A DNA stretch of 64,000 nt, taken from positions 6,176,001 to 6,240,000 of the forward strand of contig OZ244960.1 in NCBI GenBank assembly GCA_965222605.1, given 5' to 3'. Every line of letters starts with the position of its first letter. Positions within the stretch are counted from its first letter, which is position 1. This DNA comes from Candidatus Latescibacterota bacterium. Lineage in GTDB: Bacteria; Latescibacterota; UBA2968. Below are positions 1 to 10,556 of the stretch, piece by piece. The position numbers and the translations under genes were made by a program. The notes under the pieces are model-generated. The model was not told the DNA's origin. It was given only the letters and a program-made list of their open reading frames with translations, and did no database searches.

Positions 1-2
1 AG

Positions 3-494
3 TGGGTGCCGCTTTACGAGTCGCGGTTAGATGCGGTGAAGAGTGAGATAGCGACATTTTTTCAGGTGTTTCCACAAGGGACAATTTGGGGCAATCAGAA
101 TGATGGCGAGGGGTATGATGTCGTCCTGTTGGGGCAAAAGGATATTCTGTCCGTTGATGTCGATGCTTTGCAGGCGCGTTTGGATCGCGAGGATTATACG
201 GAGGTGTGGTACTCGCTGAATGATGTGTCTTTGGGATCAGCTGTCGCGCTGCTTTCGACGTATGCCGGGCACGCGCGTGATCTGGGCGAGTGGCTCGCAG
301 ATGCGGAGATCAACCTGGATCGCAATATGCGGCTCCAGTATTTGGCGGGATTGGGTTTGGATAACTATGAGGCGGATGCGATTTATACGGTGCTTTTAGA
401 GTACGCGCATTATCCCGATAATTTTTTTGTTGCGACTGAAGCGACTGAAACCGCATTGAAGGCGCAACTTGCCCGGCAGCACGAGGGGAGATGA
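3..494 (+). CDS. C-terminal part of a spermidine synthase-like (fused MFS/spermidine synthase) protein, 5'-truncated by the window edge
   Basis: Frame is open from the window start (W-V-P-L-Y-E...); WVPLYE...ATFFQVFP...GYDVVLLG resembles the C-terminal SAM-dependent domain of these fusions. Confidence 0.65.
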   Translation, partial: WVPLYESRLDAVKSEIATFFQVFPQGTIWGNQNDGEGYDVVLLGQKDILSVDVDALQARLDREDYTEVWYSLNDVSLGSAVALLSTYAGHARDLGEWLADAEINLDRNMRLQYLAGLGLDNYEADAIYTVLLEYAHYPDNFFVATEATETALKAQLARQHEGR

Positions 495-525
495 TGACAG
501 GTTTAACTGAGGAGGTTTTTACAGT

Positions 526-1632
526 ATGGAAAAGGTGAGAGTTGGCATTATTGGCATTGGCGGCAGAGGAAGCGGTCACGCAAAGTATTTTGCGGCGGGC
601 GATATTCCGCAGGGGGAATTGACAGCGGTGTGCGATATCGATCCGGATAGGATTCAGTGGGCGCGCGAAAACCTCGGGGAAAACGTGCGGACATTTGACA
701 ATGGCGATGATTTGATCACATCGGGCGCTGTTGATGCGGTTATTGTGGCGACGCCGCATTACGATCATCCGACATTTGCGGTAAAGGGATTTGAGAACAA
801 TTTGCATGTATTGGTCGAGAAACCCGCAGGCGTATATACCAGGCAAGTTTATGAGATGAACGAGGCTGCCCAAAAAAGTGGCAAAGTATTTGCCTTGATG
901 TTCAATCAGCGAACCCGTCCACACCATCAAAAATTGCGAGAATTGGTGGCTTCTGGCGAGTTGGGAGATATTCAGCGCACGAATTATATCGTCACAAACT
1001 GGTTTCGAGCGCAAAGTTATTACGATAAAGGCGAATGGCGCGCGACCTGGTCGGGTGAGGGGGGCGGTGTGTTGATGAATCAGTGCCCTCATAACCTGGA
1101 TCTGTGGCAGTGGATCTGCGGGATGCCCTCGCGCGTGCGCGCGTTTATCAGCTATGGCAAATATCACGATATTGAAGTGGATGACGATGTCACTGCCTAT
1201 GTGGAATACGATAGCGGTGCGACGGGTGTGTTTATCACCACAACTGGAGAGTATCCAGGAAGCAACCGCCTGGAGATAGCGACGGATCGCGGCAAAGTGA
1301 TTATGGAAGACAATAAAATTGTGTGGTGGCGTTCGAATGTTTCCCTGAGCGAATTTTCCCGGGGATATACGGGCGGCTTTGGCAAACCCAGGGCGGAAAA
1401 ACTCGATATTTCTCTCGGCGAAGATGGCGGGGCACACCGCGGTATAATAAACAACTGGTGTGACGCCATATTGAATGACAGCCCACTACTCGCGCCCGGG
1501 GTTGAGGGCATTCGTGGGGTTGAATTGGCGAATGCGATGCTTTTGTCTTCATGGCTGGACGATTGGGTCGATATTCCCGTTGATCGAGATCTGTATTTTG
1601 AAAAATTGCAAGAGAAAATTCAAAATTCATAG
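526..1632 (+). CDS. Gfo/Idh/MocA family oxidoreductase
   Basis: GIIGIGGRG Rossmann motif, VATPHYDH, LVEKP, GGGVLMNQCPH; GAGGAGG RBS. Confidence 0.93.
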   Translation: MEKVRVGIIGIGGRGSGHAKYFAAGDIPQGELTAVCDIDPDRIQWARENLGENVRTFDNGDDLITSGAVDAVIVATPHYDHPTFAVKGFENNLHVLVEKPAGVYTRQVYEMNEAAQKSGKVFALMFNQRTRPHHQKLRELVASGELGDIQRTNYIVTNWFRAQSYYDKGEWRATWSGEGGGVLMNQCPHNLDLWQWICGMPSRVRAFISYGKYHDIEVDDDVTAYVEYDSGATGVFITTTGEYPGSNRLEIATDRGKVIMEDNKIVWWRSNVSLSEFSRGYTGGFGKPRAEKLDISLGEDGGAHRGIINNWCDAILNDSPLLAPGVEGIRGVELANAMLLSSWLDDWVDIPVDRDLYFEKLQEKIQNS

Positions 1633-1645
1633 CAGAGGACTTAAA

Positions 1646-2803
1646 ATGGCTCTGACACCGAGTATTGCGGCATTGGATGAGGTAGCTGAAAAACCCGTTC
1701 TGGTCTTAGATGGACTGGATGAGCCGGTTGTGATCGAATCCATCAAGTTGCTCAAAGATGAGCGGGAGTATTATGTTCATGTGCGTTCGAGAGATGGTGC
1801 GGAAGGCCTGGCTTTTACGAATGGACGGGCGCAATATGTGTATCCGATTCTCAATGAGTTGGTAATTCCCTATTTTATCGGGAAAGATGCCCGCGATCTC
1901 GAAGACCATCTGTGGGGTGTGTACCGACACAGCAGCAATTACAAATTGCAGGGGTTGGCTTTCTGGTGTTGTGTGGCGTGGGTTGAGATGGCACTGTTGG
2001 ATTTACTCGGTCGGATTGCACAAAAATCCATTTCCGAACTCCTGGGCGGTGCCGTGCGTGAGTGGGTTCCCTTTTACGTTGCGAGTGGGCGGCGGGATAG
2101 CACACCGGAAGAAGAAGTGGTTTATCTGCAGGGGCTGATCGACGAGACGGGCGCGCCGGCTGTGAAGTTTAGAATTGGCGGGCGCATGAGCAAAAACGCT
2201 GATGCCCTGCCCGGGCGAACGCCAAATTTGATCGCGTTGTCTCGCAAGGTACTCGGTGATGCGATTGATATTCACGCGGATTCCAATAGTTCTTACGATC
2301 CGCCGCAAGCGATTGAAGTGGGGCGTATGCTCGAAGATATTGGGGCTGTTTATTTTGAAGAGCCTTGTCCATTTGATCACCTCGAAGATACGAAGGTCGT
2401 TGCCGATACGCTGGATATTTCCGTTTCTGGGGGCGAACAGGAGTTCAGCGACCGGCGGTTTCGATGGATGATTGCCAATCGCGGTGTGGATATTGTTCAG
2501 CCCGATCTGCATTATTACGGGGGGCTTATTCGCTCGACGCGCGTTGCGCGAATGGCCGCTCTGGCCGGGATGCCGACAACAGTACACATTTCTGGTGGCT
2601 TTGGTTTTATTTATATGCTCCACTTTGCCGCATGTACGCCAGATATTGGTCGGTATCAGGAATACAAACGAGGGATTGAAAAATACCGCGAGTGGTTTGA
2701 TCCCGCGCTCGAGATTCGAGATGGAAAAATGAGCATTCCCGGGGGACCGGGGTGTGGGATTGTGGATATTCAGCCAATTATTGAAGGTGCAGATCGCTTA
2801 TAA
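1646..2803 (+). CDS. Mandelate racemase/muconate lactonizing enzyme (enolase superfamily) protein
   Basis: VEMALLDLLG, KFRIG, ADSN, YFEEP, GGEQ, VQPD motifs; start moved to ATG 1646 behind AGAGGA. Confidence 0.9.
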   Translation: MALTPSIAALDEVAEKPVLVLDGLDEPVVIESIKLLKDEREYYVHVRSRDGAEGLAFTNGRAQYVYPILNELVIPYFIGKDARDLEDHLWGVYRHSSNYKLQGLAFWCCVAWVEMALLDLLGRIAQKSISELLGGAVREWVPFYVASGRRDSTPEEEVVYLQGLIDETGAPAVKFRIGGRMSKNADALPGRTPNLIALSRKVLGDAIDIHADSNSSYDPPQAIEVGRMLEDIGAVYFEEPCPFDHLEDTKVVADTLDISVSGGEQEFSDRRFRWMIANRGVDIVQPDLHYYGGLIRSTRVARMAALAGMPTTVHISGGFGFIYMLHFAACTPDIGRYQEYKRGIEKYREWFDPALEIRDGKMSIPGGPGCGIVDIQPIIEGADRL

Positions 2804-2815
2804 GGCGAATTAACT

Positions 2816-4156
2816 ATGGAAATGGCACAGCATGGAGGACCGCCGCTACGCGATGTGGTGGCGGCGAGGCACGCACAGAAAGAGACGCGCCGAAATAGCT
2901 GGTTGTTGGTGATCAATGGCGGCATGGTCATGATGTCCTACACGTTTATTAGCTCGGATCTGGTGATGCCGGCTTTTGTACAAACGCTGACCACGTCCAG
3001 CATTTTGGTCGGGATGGCCGGTGCGCTCATGAGGATGGGGTGGGCGTGGCCGCAGGTCTTTATTTCTCGGATTATCGAACCCAAACCTCGAAAGATGCCC
3101 TTACTGATCTGGGCGGGTATGGCTCGAAGTGTGATGTGGATCTTTGTGGGCGTGATGACAATTTTTTTCGGCGGGTTGAAGCCCGCAATTTTTTTGTCTT
3201 TGTTTATGGTGTTTTACGCTTTGGGAACATCGCTGATGGGTGTGATGAGTGTGCCGTGGATGGATTTGATGGGCAAGGCAATTCCCGCGTCGGATCGGGC
3301 AAAAGTTTTTGCTCTGCGCCGATTTTCGGGCGGTGTGATGTCGATGGTTGCGGGCGTTCTGATTTCCTATGTCCTGAGCGCGCAAAGCGGCCTCTCGTTT
3401 CCGAATAATTACGCGGTATTGTTTATGCTCTCTGGTATGGGTACTACGATGGCCGTGCTGACATTTGGCATGATCCGCGAACCCATTGAAAAGCGTACGC
3501 GCGCACAGCTTTCGCTGAAAAATTATTTGCTCAGTGGCCTGAGTCTGATGAAAGATGATGTGAATTTCAGGCGTTTGTGTATGGTACAATTTTTGTGGGG
3601 CTTTAGCATGATGGGCGGGCCGTTTTACATGCCTTATGCGATTTCTGGCTTAGGCATTGGGGCGGTTTATATTGGATTTTATGTGACCGCTATGCAGTTT
3701 AGCGCGGTTTTTTCAAATGTTGCGTGGGCCTGGGTGGGGCGTTACAAGGGCAATCAGGCGTTGTTTTTGTACGGCACCTGCTTGCTCGCACTGTCTATTC
3801 TGGTTCCGATATGTATCGTGTATGTGCCCGATCGCACCATCTGGTTCTGGGGCACAGAAGTGAATTTGAGGGTTGTGGTGTATGCGTTTACGTTCATTTT
3901 TTCAGGCGCGGCGCAAAGCGGCATGTATTCGGGACGCATGACATACGTCCTCGACATCGCGCCCGCTGACCGACGGCCGACCTATACCAGCTTTATGAAT
4001 ATGTTTATGTTTCCACAGGGTTTGTTGCCCATGCTGGCCGGGTTGCTGGTCGCCTGGATTTCCTATCAGAATTTGTTTCGCATTTCTCTGTTATTTATCC
4101 CATTTGCCGCGATGCTCGCCTATCAGTTAAAACCCGTTATTCACAGTGAGGAATGA
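2816..4156 (+). CDS. MFS transporter
   Basis: About 12 hydrophobic segments; WMDLMGKAIP..R and APADRRPTY loop motifs. Confidence 0.85.
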   Translation: MEMAQHGGPPLRDVVAARHAQKETRRNSWLLVINGGMVMMSYTFISSDLVMPAFVQTLTTSSILVGMAGALMRMGWAWPQVFISRIIEPKPRKMPLLIWAGMARSVMWIFVGVMTIFFGGLKPAIFLSLFMVFYALGTSLMGVMSVPWMDLMGKAIPASDRAKVFALRRFSGGVMSMVAGVLISYVLSAQSGLSFPNNYAVLFMLSGMGTTMAVLTFGMIREPIEKRTRAQLSLKNYLLSGLSLMKDDVNFRRLCMVQFLWGFSMMGGPFYMPYAISGLGIGAVYIGFYVTAMQFSAVFSNVAWAWVGRYKGNQALFLYGTCLLALSILVPICIVYVPDRTIWFWGTEVNLRVVVYAFTFIFSGAAQSGMYSGRMTYVLDIAPADRRPTYTSFMNMFMFPQGLLPMLAGLLVAWISYQNLFRISLLFIPFAAMLAYQLKPVIHSEE

Positions 4157-5520
4157 ATTTCTTCAACGAGGTCTTCTGCAGGATAGGTGAGAATTTCCGC
4201 TAATGTGGGGTGGTAATGCGGGATGTCCATGAGGTCATGTACTGTGCCGCGAAAGTGCATGATGGCGATGAGTTCGTGAAAGAGTTCGCCGGCTTCTGGA
4301 CCGACGATATGCCCACCGATGATTTCGCCTGTTTCGGGATGGCAGAGGATTTTGACAAATCCATGGGTTTCCCCCAGGACCATGGATTTGCCGTGGTCGT
4401 CAAAGGGATAGGATGCAACGCGATAGGAGATGTTTTGTTCGCGGCATTCTTTTTCTGTGAGGCCCACAGACGCGAGTTGCGGATCGGTGAAGACCACTTC
4501 GGCTTTGAGCCTGTAGTCGATGTGCTGCTTTTGGGTTCCATCAACGGCGTTGTGACCGGCTATCTCGCCTTGCTGAACGGCGATGTGTACGATTTCATAC
4601 AGTCCCGTACAATCGCCCGCTGCATAAATATTGGGCGCGTTGGTACGCATGTGATGATCCACGAGAATGCGTCCGCGCTCGACGCGTACGCCGGCATTTT
4701 TAAGCGCGAGCGATTGGATGGCGGGTACGCGTCCCAAAGCATGGAGGATCACGTCTGCTGAAGCGCGGCGGGATTTTCCCTTATGGTGGAAGTGGGCGAT
4801 TTTGGCGTTGTTTTTGGTCGTAAATTTTTGCAATTGCGTGTCGGTAAAGACTTTCATGCCTTCTTCTCTGAAGCGGGCTTCCACCGGACGTGCGAGGTCT
4901 TCATCTGTGCTGCTGAAGATGTGATGGCTGCGTTGAATGAGTGTGGTGCACGTTCCCAGACGGCAGAAAAATTGTGCAAATTCCGTTGCGACAGGACCGC
5001 CGCCTAAGACGATCATCGATTTTGGCAATTCCCGCAGTTCAAGTGCTTCATCACTGGCGATAAAGCCCACTTCTTCCAGGCCGGGAATGGCGATGTCAGC
5101 AACGGTTGATCCCGTGCTGATGATGAAACTTCGCGCGGTGATATTTTGTTTTCCCACAGTGATGGTGTTGCGATTGACAAACTGCGCCGTGCCGTTGATG
5201 AGAGTGAATCGCGGATTGCGAAGTTGCCCGATGCGATAATCTGCAAATTCACCGACGAGCGCGCGTTTGCGGTCATTGATTTCATCGAGATTTGCGCGCA
5301 AATTAGAAGCGCGCAGACCAAATTCTCTGGCGCGGCGCATCAAGGACATGATCTCGGATGAGCGCAGGATGGTTTTGGTTGGCATGCAGCCGCGCAAGAT
5401 GCACAGGCCACCAAGAGGCCCTTTGTCTATAATGGCAACTTTTGCGCCGAGTTCTTGTGCCGTGCGTGCAGCGGCGTATCCTGCACTCCCGCCGCCGATG
5501 ACGATGACATCGTAATCCAT
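4141..5520 (-). CDS. Pyridine nucleotide-disulfide oxidoreductase (dihydrolipoamide dehydrogenase/MerA-like family)
   Basis: GGGSAG FAD motif, GGLCILRGCMPTK redox disulfide, YAAGD, C-terminal HYHPTLAE. Confidence 0.9.
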   Translation of the reverse strand: MDYDVIVIGGGSAGYAAARTAQELGAKVAIIDKGPLGGLCILRGCMPTKTILRSSEIMSLMRRAREFGLRASNLRANLDEINDRKRALVGEFADYRIGQLRNPRFTLINGTAQFVNRNTITVGKQNITARSFIISTGSTVADIAIPGLEEVGFIASDEALELRELPKSMIVLGGGPVATEFAQFFCRLGTCTTLIQRSHHIFSSTDEDLARPVEARFREEGMKVFTDTQLQKFTTKNNAKIAHFHHKGKSRRASADVILHALGRVPAIQSLALKNAGVRVERGRILVDHHMRTNAPNIYAAGDCTGLYEIVHIAVQQGEIAGHNAVDGTQKQHIDYRLKAEVVFTDPQLASVGLTEKECREQNISYRVASYPFDDHGKSMVLGETHGFVKILCHPETGEIIGGHIVGPEAGELFHELIAIMHFRGTVHDLMDIPHYHPTLAEILTYPAEDLVEEIHSSL

Positions 5521-5676
5521 GGTGATTTCCTTAGAGGTAAAATGTAAGATGAGGTAAAACTAAGACGACCCAATCCCTCTCGTGTTTCACCTTTCATGTC
5601 TTATCTCGGAGAGCGGTTGGGCGAACTGACAACTTAAAATGTCTCTTTGATTTGAGCAAGGAGTTTGGAGGTTTTT

Positions 5677-6753
5677 ATGCATGAACTCGTGAATGGTATT
5701 GTGCCGACAGAGGCGGGGGAGCAGGAGCGGTTGATTCAGGTTGGCGATTTGAAAGAGACGACACAGCGGCTTTATGAAGCAGTTGGTGTGCCGAGGGCAG
5801 ATGCGCAGTTGATGGCCGATTTGCAAGTTGAGACAGATGTACGCGGGGTTCACTCACACGGTACGCGGGCTGTGCCGGGTTACTTAAAGCGCATTCAAAC
5901 TGGTCACACAAATGCAAAACCCGAAATTCGCGTTGTCCGCGAAGGGCCTGCCTGGGCAACGGTAGATGGCGATGGGTGTTTGGGACATCTGGCGTCTTAT
6001 CGGGCGATGCAACTGGCAATTGCAAAAGCGAATGATCTGGGGATTGCCGCGACAACAGTTATAAACAGCCGGCACTACGGCGCAGCGGCATGTTATGCGA
6101 CGATGGCATTGGACTGGGATATGATCGGTTTTTGCGTGTCGAGCAGCAGTCGAGGTGTGGCACCTTACGGAGGGATTGATCGGCTGTTGGGCAATCACGC
6201 GCTGGCTTATGCGATTCCAGCGGGTCGAGAACATCCCATTGTTCTGGATATGGCAACGGGGCGGTCCGCCTGGGGGCGGGTGGGCACTATGCGTTTGTAT
6301 GGACGGAAATTAGACGGCGAGTGGGTGTTAGATGAGGATGGGCAGGTGACAGACGATCCGGGTCGCGCGCATGCGCTGGTAGCGCCCGGTGGCACAAAAG
6401 GATCGGGATTAAATGTGGTGATGGATGTTTTGAGCGGTATTCTGCCTTTTGGCCTGGCAACTGTGAATCGGGAGGATGAATATCAAGGGCAGCGACGGGC
6501 CAGTCACTTTTTTCAGGCGATCAAGATCGAGACATTTTGCGATGTGTCGGATTTTAAACGGGAAGTTGATCGGATGATTCAGACGATTCGGGCTTCTCGC
6601 CCCAAAGAAGGCGTGGATCGCATTTACGTGCCCGGTGAGATCGAGTGGTTAAAAAAGGCGGCCTGGGAAAAGACGGGAATTCCACTGCATAAAACCCATG
6701 TGGAAAGTCTGGAAAAAGCGGCTGAGGAATTGGGGGTGGAGGTGGCGTTTTAA
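5677..6753 (+). CDS. Ldh_2 family (malate/L-lactate/ureidoglycolate/sulfolactate-type) oxidoreductase
   Basis: RGVHSHG, DGDGCLG, NSRHYGAA, LDMAT, KGSGL, YVPGE; GGAGG RBS before ATG 5677. Confidence 0.9.
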   Translation: MHELVNGIVPTEAGEQERLIQVGDLKETTQRLYEAVGVPRADAQLMADLQVETDVRGVHSHGTRAVPGYLKRIQTGHTNAKPEIRVVREGPAWATVDGDGCLGHLASYRAMQLAIAKANDLGIAATTVINSRHYGAAACYATMALDWDMIGFCVSSSSRGVAPYGGIDRLLGNHALAYAIPAGREHPIVLDMATGRSAWGRVGTMRLYGRKLDGEWVLDEDGQVTDDPGRAHALVAPGGTKGSGLNVVMDVLSGILPFGLATVNREDEYQGQRRASHFFQAIKIETFCDVSDFKREVDRMIQTIRASRPKEGVDRIYVPGEIEWLKKAAWEKTGIPLHKTHVESLEKAAEELGVEVAF

Positions 6754-7835
6754 TGGAGGAAGGCCGAGATTCCAAAATGGATGACAATAATAAACCATTG
6801 GTCTCAATTATTATTCCCCATTATTTGGGAGATATTCTTTCCGAGTGTCTGGCATTTGTCTATGCGCGGACATCGGATGTTCCCTTTGAAGTTATTGTGG
6901 CAGATGACCAGCCTTATCCCGACGGTAGTCTGGATCGGGCATTGGAGAAGTTTCCGGATATTCGCATTGTGAAGACGGGTGGGGGAAATGGAAAACCGAG
7001 CAAAGGAATGGGCGCCGGGTGCAACCGGGGGTTGGAGGTTGCAAAAGGGACGTATGCGATGTTGTTGAATTCGGATGTGGAGGTGGGCGAAGGATGGTTG
7101 CCCCCGCTGATTGATGCGCTGAAATTCGATCCCGCAATTGGGGCGTGTCAGTCCAGAGTGCGGTCGTTGCAGAATCGCAAAATGTTTGATTATGGCGGGG
7201 CTGCGGGCGGGCTGATGGACAGATGGGGATTTACGTTTTGTCAGGGCAGGATATTTGAGTTTGTCGAAGAAGATGTGGGGCAATACAATCACCCCCGCGA
7301 TATTTTTTGGGCTATTGGGGGGGCTATGTTCTTGCGTATGGATTGCCTCGATAAAACGGGGCTGATCGATGAGGACTTTGTAATGCATATGGAAGAGATC
7401 GATTTGTCCTGGCGGTTTCACCTTGCGGGGTATCGCATCTTATATGTGCCCGATTCTCTCGTATATCACTACGGCGGATTTACGCTGGGTGCAGAGAGTT
7501 ATAAGAAAGCGTATTTGAATCACCGCAATCAACTCGTGATGTTGTTGAAAAATTTTTCTATTGCGCGGCTGTTGTATAAATTCCCGATTCGCGTTGCTAT
7601 GGAATTGGCGAATTTGGGTTTGTTGCTAAAGGGCAATTGGAAACATCCCGTTGCGGCGATAGCTGGGCTTTGGTGGGTGTTGCTGCATCCGTTCAATATC
7701 TTGCGGCGGCGGCGAGAAGCCCAGCGGTTCAGAAGCGTGGGAGATGGCGAGATTGAACGGCGTCTTTTCAAGGGATCAGTGGTTTATCACTATTTTATTC
7801 GCGGTATCAAAACGGTTCGTGAGATAGGAGCGTGA
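6753..7835 (+). CDS. Glycosyltransferase family 2
   Basis: VSIIIP, CNRGL, LLNSD, WAIGGAM, HMEEIDLSWR; start could be ATG 6777. Confidence 0.9.
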   Translation: MEEGRDSKMDDNNKPLVSIIIPHYLGDILSECLAFVYARTSDVPFEVIVADDQPYPDGSLDRALEKFPDIRIVKTGGGNGKPSKGMGAGCNRGLEVAKGTYAMLLNSDVEVGEGWLPPLIDALKFDPAIGACQSRVRSLQNRKMFDYGGAAGGLMDRWGFTFCQGRIFEFVEEDVGQYNHPRDIFWAIGGAMFLRMDCLDKTGLIDEDFVMHMEEIDLSWRFHLAGYRILYVPDSLVYHYGGFTLGAESYKKAYLNHRNQLVMLLKNFSIARLLYKFPIRVAMELANLGLLLKGNWKHPVAAIAGLWWVLLHPFNILRRRREAQRFRSVGDGEIERRLFKGSVVYHYFIRGIKTVREIGA

Positions 7836-7836
7836 G

Positions 7837-9000
7837 GTGAAAGCGATTGGTCTCATGTCTGGAACTTCTGCCGATGGGGTGGATGCCGCGCTTGTGGAGA
7901 TCGGAGAATCTGGTCTGTCTCTACTCGGATATGTCGAGGTACCTTTTCCCAAAGATGTCAGAAGGGAGATTTTGTCGCTTTGTGAAGGTGGACGGGTCGA
8001 TGCAATATGCCGCATGGATGCCGCGCTTGGGGAATGGTTTGCAGAAGCTGCACTCCGCGTGTGTGAGGAAGCTAATATCAGCACGGGAGAAGTCGAGGTG
8101 ATTGGATCGCACGGGCAGACGATTCAACATTTGCCCGCACTTGCCGTGGTTGCTGATAAAAAGGTGCGGTCAACGCTGCAAATTGGCAATCCCGCGGTGA
8201 TTGCAGAGCACACGGGAATCACTACGGTATCGGATTTTCGGTCGCGGGATATGGCTGTGGGCGGACAGGGGGCACCACTCGTCCCGCTGGTGGATTATCT
8301 GTTGTTTCGGTCTGAATACGCGGGACGCGCAATGCTCAATATCGGTGGTATTGCCAATGTCAATATATTGCCCGCAAACTGTGGGGTACCAGACATTTTC
8401 GCATTTGATACTGGACCTGGCAATATGGTTATTGATGGGGTTGTGCAGGCGATCACACGCGACAAACTGAGTTTCGATAGGGATGGGGATCTTGCGGGCA
8501 AAGGCCAGGTGTGTGAGGATCTGCTGGATGTGCTTATGGCGCATCCTTTTTTGGATATGGCGCCGCCCAAATCAACGGGGCGCGAAGATTTTGGGACCGA
8601 TATGGTTCAGAAAATTCTCGATTGGGAGGGTAAAGGGGAAGACCTCGTGCGTACGGCAACACAGTTCACGGTGGAGAGCATTGTACATGGGCTAAAACGA
8701 TTTGTTTTGCCCAGGTGTGAAATCCACGAGGTGATTGCAAGTGGGGGCGGCACTAAAAATCCGATTATGATGGATCTTTTGGACCGGGCACTGGGAAATA
8801 TTGCATTCAAGCGATTGGATGACCTGGGAATGGCGTCAGAAGCAAAAGAAGCTATTGCATTTGCGATTCTTGCCTATCGAACTGTGAATGGGCATCCGGG
8901 CAATGTGCCGAGTGTAACCGGTGCCGATAAACAGGTGGTGTTAGGCTCTATTACGCCGGGGAAAAGGGGTGCCCAACCATCCACCCCAAAATCTTTGTGA
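7837..9000 (+). CDS. anmK: Anhydro-N-acetylmuramic acid kinase
   Basis: IGLMSGTSADGVD, GSHGQT, DFRSRD..GGQGAPLVP, NIGGIAN, FDTGPGN, PKSTGRE, KEAIAFA. Confidence 0.97.
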   Translation: MKAIGLMSGTSADGVDAALVEIGESGLSLLGYVEVPFPKDVRREILSLCEGGRVDAICRMDAALGEWFAEAALRVCEEANISTGEVEVIGSHGQTIQHLPALAVVADKKVRSTLQIGNPAVIAEHTGITTVSDFRSRDMAVGGQGAPLVPLVDYLLFRSEYAGRAMLNIGGIANVNILPANCGVPDIFAFDTGPGNMVIDGVVQAITRDKLSFDRDGDLAGKGQVCEDLLDVLMAHPFLDMAPPKSTGREDFGTDMVQKILDWEGKGEDLVRTATQFTVESIVHGLKRFVLPRCEIHEVIASGGGTKNPIMMDLLDRALGNIAFKRLDDLGMASEAKEAIAFAILAYRTVNGHPGNVPSVTGADKQVVLGSITPGKRGAQPSTPKSL

Positions 9001-9098
9001 GCGTCGTTGAGTTGATGATACTGGCGCAGTTATATTCCGTTTCGTATATTTCTTTGCTACGCTACCAGTATGTGAGCGGATGATTCGAGGAAAAGGCT

Positions 9099-9923
9099 AT
9101 GGTTTTTGACATCTTACTCATTGCAACAGGAGTGGCATACATCGTCAGTGCTCTGGGTTATGCATTGGACTTTCACGGGCCTAAAGCGTACTGGCGTGAC
9201 CTGTGTACCTGGGGAATATGGGGGGCCTGGTGTATGCACACTGTGCTCCTGGCCCTTATTACAATTTCTGCTGGCGAGGTGCCTTTGACCAGTCAGGTTT
9301 TGCCATCGCTGTGCGCGTGGCTGGTCGCGGTTGTTTATATTTATCTCGAAGTGAGTACGCGAGATCGGTCTTTGGGTGTGCTCATCGTGCCTATTGTGGT
9401 AATTCTGCACATGTTGACGCTCACAAAATTGCTGGGTATTGAGAATATTCAGGTTACGGGATATAGCGGCGGGTGGTTTGAACTGCATGTACTGGCTTAT
9501 GGCCTTGCGTACACGGCTTTTGCGATTTCCTGTGTTGGAGGTGTGATGTATCTGATGCTTTTGAGCGAAATTCAGGCCAAGCATTTTGGTTTTTTTTATT
9601 CCCGTCTGCCTTCACTCGAGGTATTGAATCAGATCACTAACCGCGCTGCCACTTTTGGATTTGTCTTTTTGACGGGCGGTACTATTGCCAGTTCAGTGTG
9701 GGCATTTCAACATCTTTCGCAGTTTTCTATATGGCGCGAGCCGGTATTTTTGCCCGTTTTGATTGCCTGGTTTATTTATGCGGGCAATCTCGCCGCGCGG
9801 TGGTGGGGCGGCTGGCAAGGCAAGCGGGCGGTTTTTTTGTCTATCATGGGTTTTGTGCTCGTCATTCTGGCATTTCCCGTGGTGGGTGTTCTTTTTTCTG
9901 GTCCCCACAATTTAGGACCTTAG
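9099..9923 (+). CDS. ccsA: CcsA/HemX-like cytochrome c assembly family membrane protein
   Basis: About 8 TM segments, LHV, RLPSLE, GFVFLTGG, WxG motifs; leads a heme operon as HemX/CcsA-like genes commonly do. Confidence 0.8.
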   Translation: MVFDILLIATGVAYIVSALGYALDFHGPKAYWRDLCTWGIWGAWCMHTVLLALITISAGEVPLTSQVLPSLCAWLVAVVYIYLEVSTRDRSLGVLIVPIVVILHMLTLTKLLGIENIQVTGYSGGWFELHVLAYGLAYTAFAISCVGGVMYLMLLSEIQAKHFGFFYSRLPSLEVLNQITNRAATFGFVFLTGGTIASSVWAFQHLSQFSIWREPVFLPVLIAWFIYAGNLAARWWGGWQGKRAVFLSIMGFVLVILAFPVVGVLFSGPHNLGP

Positions 9924-9926
9924 GCC

Positions 9927-10556
9927 ATGCGCTATCCCGTGTTTTTGAATTTGGAAAATAAATTGTGTGTTGTGGTTGGGGCGGGGCGCGTTGCCGAACG
10001 CAGAGTGCGCGGGCTGTGCAATGCGAGCGCGCGGGTTCGTGTTGTGGGTATAACCGCGACTGAGGGCATTCTGAAATTGGCCGATGAAGGCGCGATACAT
10101 TTGTGGCTAAGGGCATTTGAGCCAAGCGATTTGGACGGCAGCGCGCTCGTGATTGCCGCGACTGATCATGCAGGTGTCAATCGGGCGGTGCAGGCGGCGG
10201 CGAAATGCCGAGGGATTTTGTTCTGCGGTGCAGATCCGCATACGGATAGCGATTTTATTGTGCCCGCGGTTGTGCGGCGCGGCGACTTACAGGTGGCGAT
10301 TTCTACAGGGGGCAACAGTCCTGCGTACGCCGTGCTGTTGCGCCGGGAAATTGAGGCATTTTTGGAAGATGGACACGCTGGTTTGCTGGATATGATGGCG
10401 GGTTTAAGGCACAGAGTTTATGCGCGATTCCCCGATGCACCAGACCGTCGGCAAGCGTTTTGGCAACAGTTGGTGACAGATGATACGCTTGCCCTCGCGC
10501 GTCAGGGCAAGTGGGCTGAAATTGAGGAGAGGATTGAAGTATGTCTCTCGTCGTAA
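9927..10556 (+). CDS. Precorrin-2 dehydrogenase / sirohydrochlorin ferrochelatase (SirC/Met8/CysG N-terminal)
   Basis: YPVFLNL, VVGAGRVAERR, AATD, DFIVPA, AISTGGNSP. Confidence 0.92.
   Translation: MRYPVFLNLENKLCVVVGAGRVAERRVRGLCNASARVRVVGITATEGILKLADEGAIHLWLRAFEPSDLDGSALVIAATDHAGVNRAVQAAAKCRGILFCGADPHTDSDFIVPAVVRRGDLQVAISTGGNSPAYAVLLRREIEAFLEDGHAGLLDMMAGLRHRVYARFPDAPDRRQAFWQQLVTDDTLALARQGKWAEIEERIEVCLSS

Noticed and set aside
310-1437. 375-aa antisense ORF, and similar long antisense ORFs at 18348-19130, 50709-51533 and 60254-61153
   Set aside because: They lie opposite well-supported genes and have no motifs; they are typical shadow ORFs.
4141-5520. Mercuric reductase merA, or lpdA of a 2-oxoacid dehydrogenase complex
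   Set aside because: There is no C-terminal Cys-Cys pair, NmerA domain or mer gene, and no E1/E2 neighbours, so the call is left at family level.
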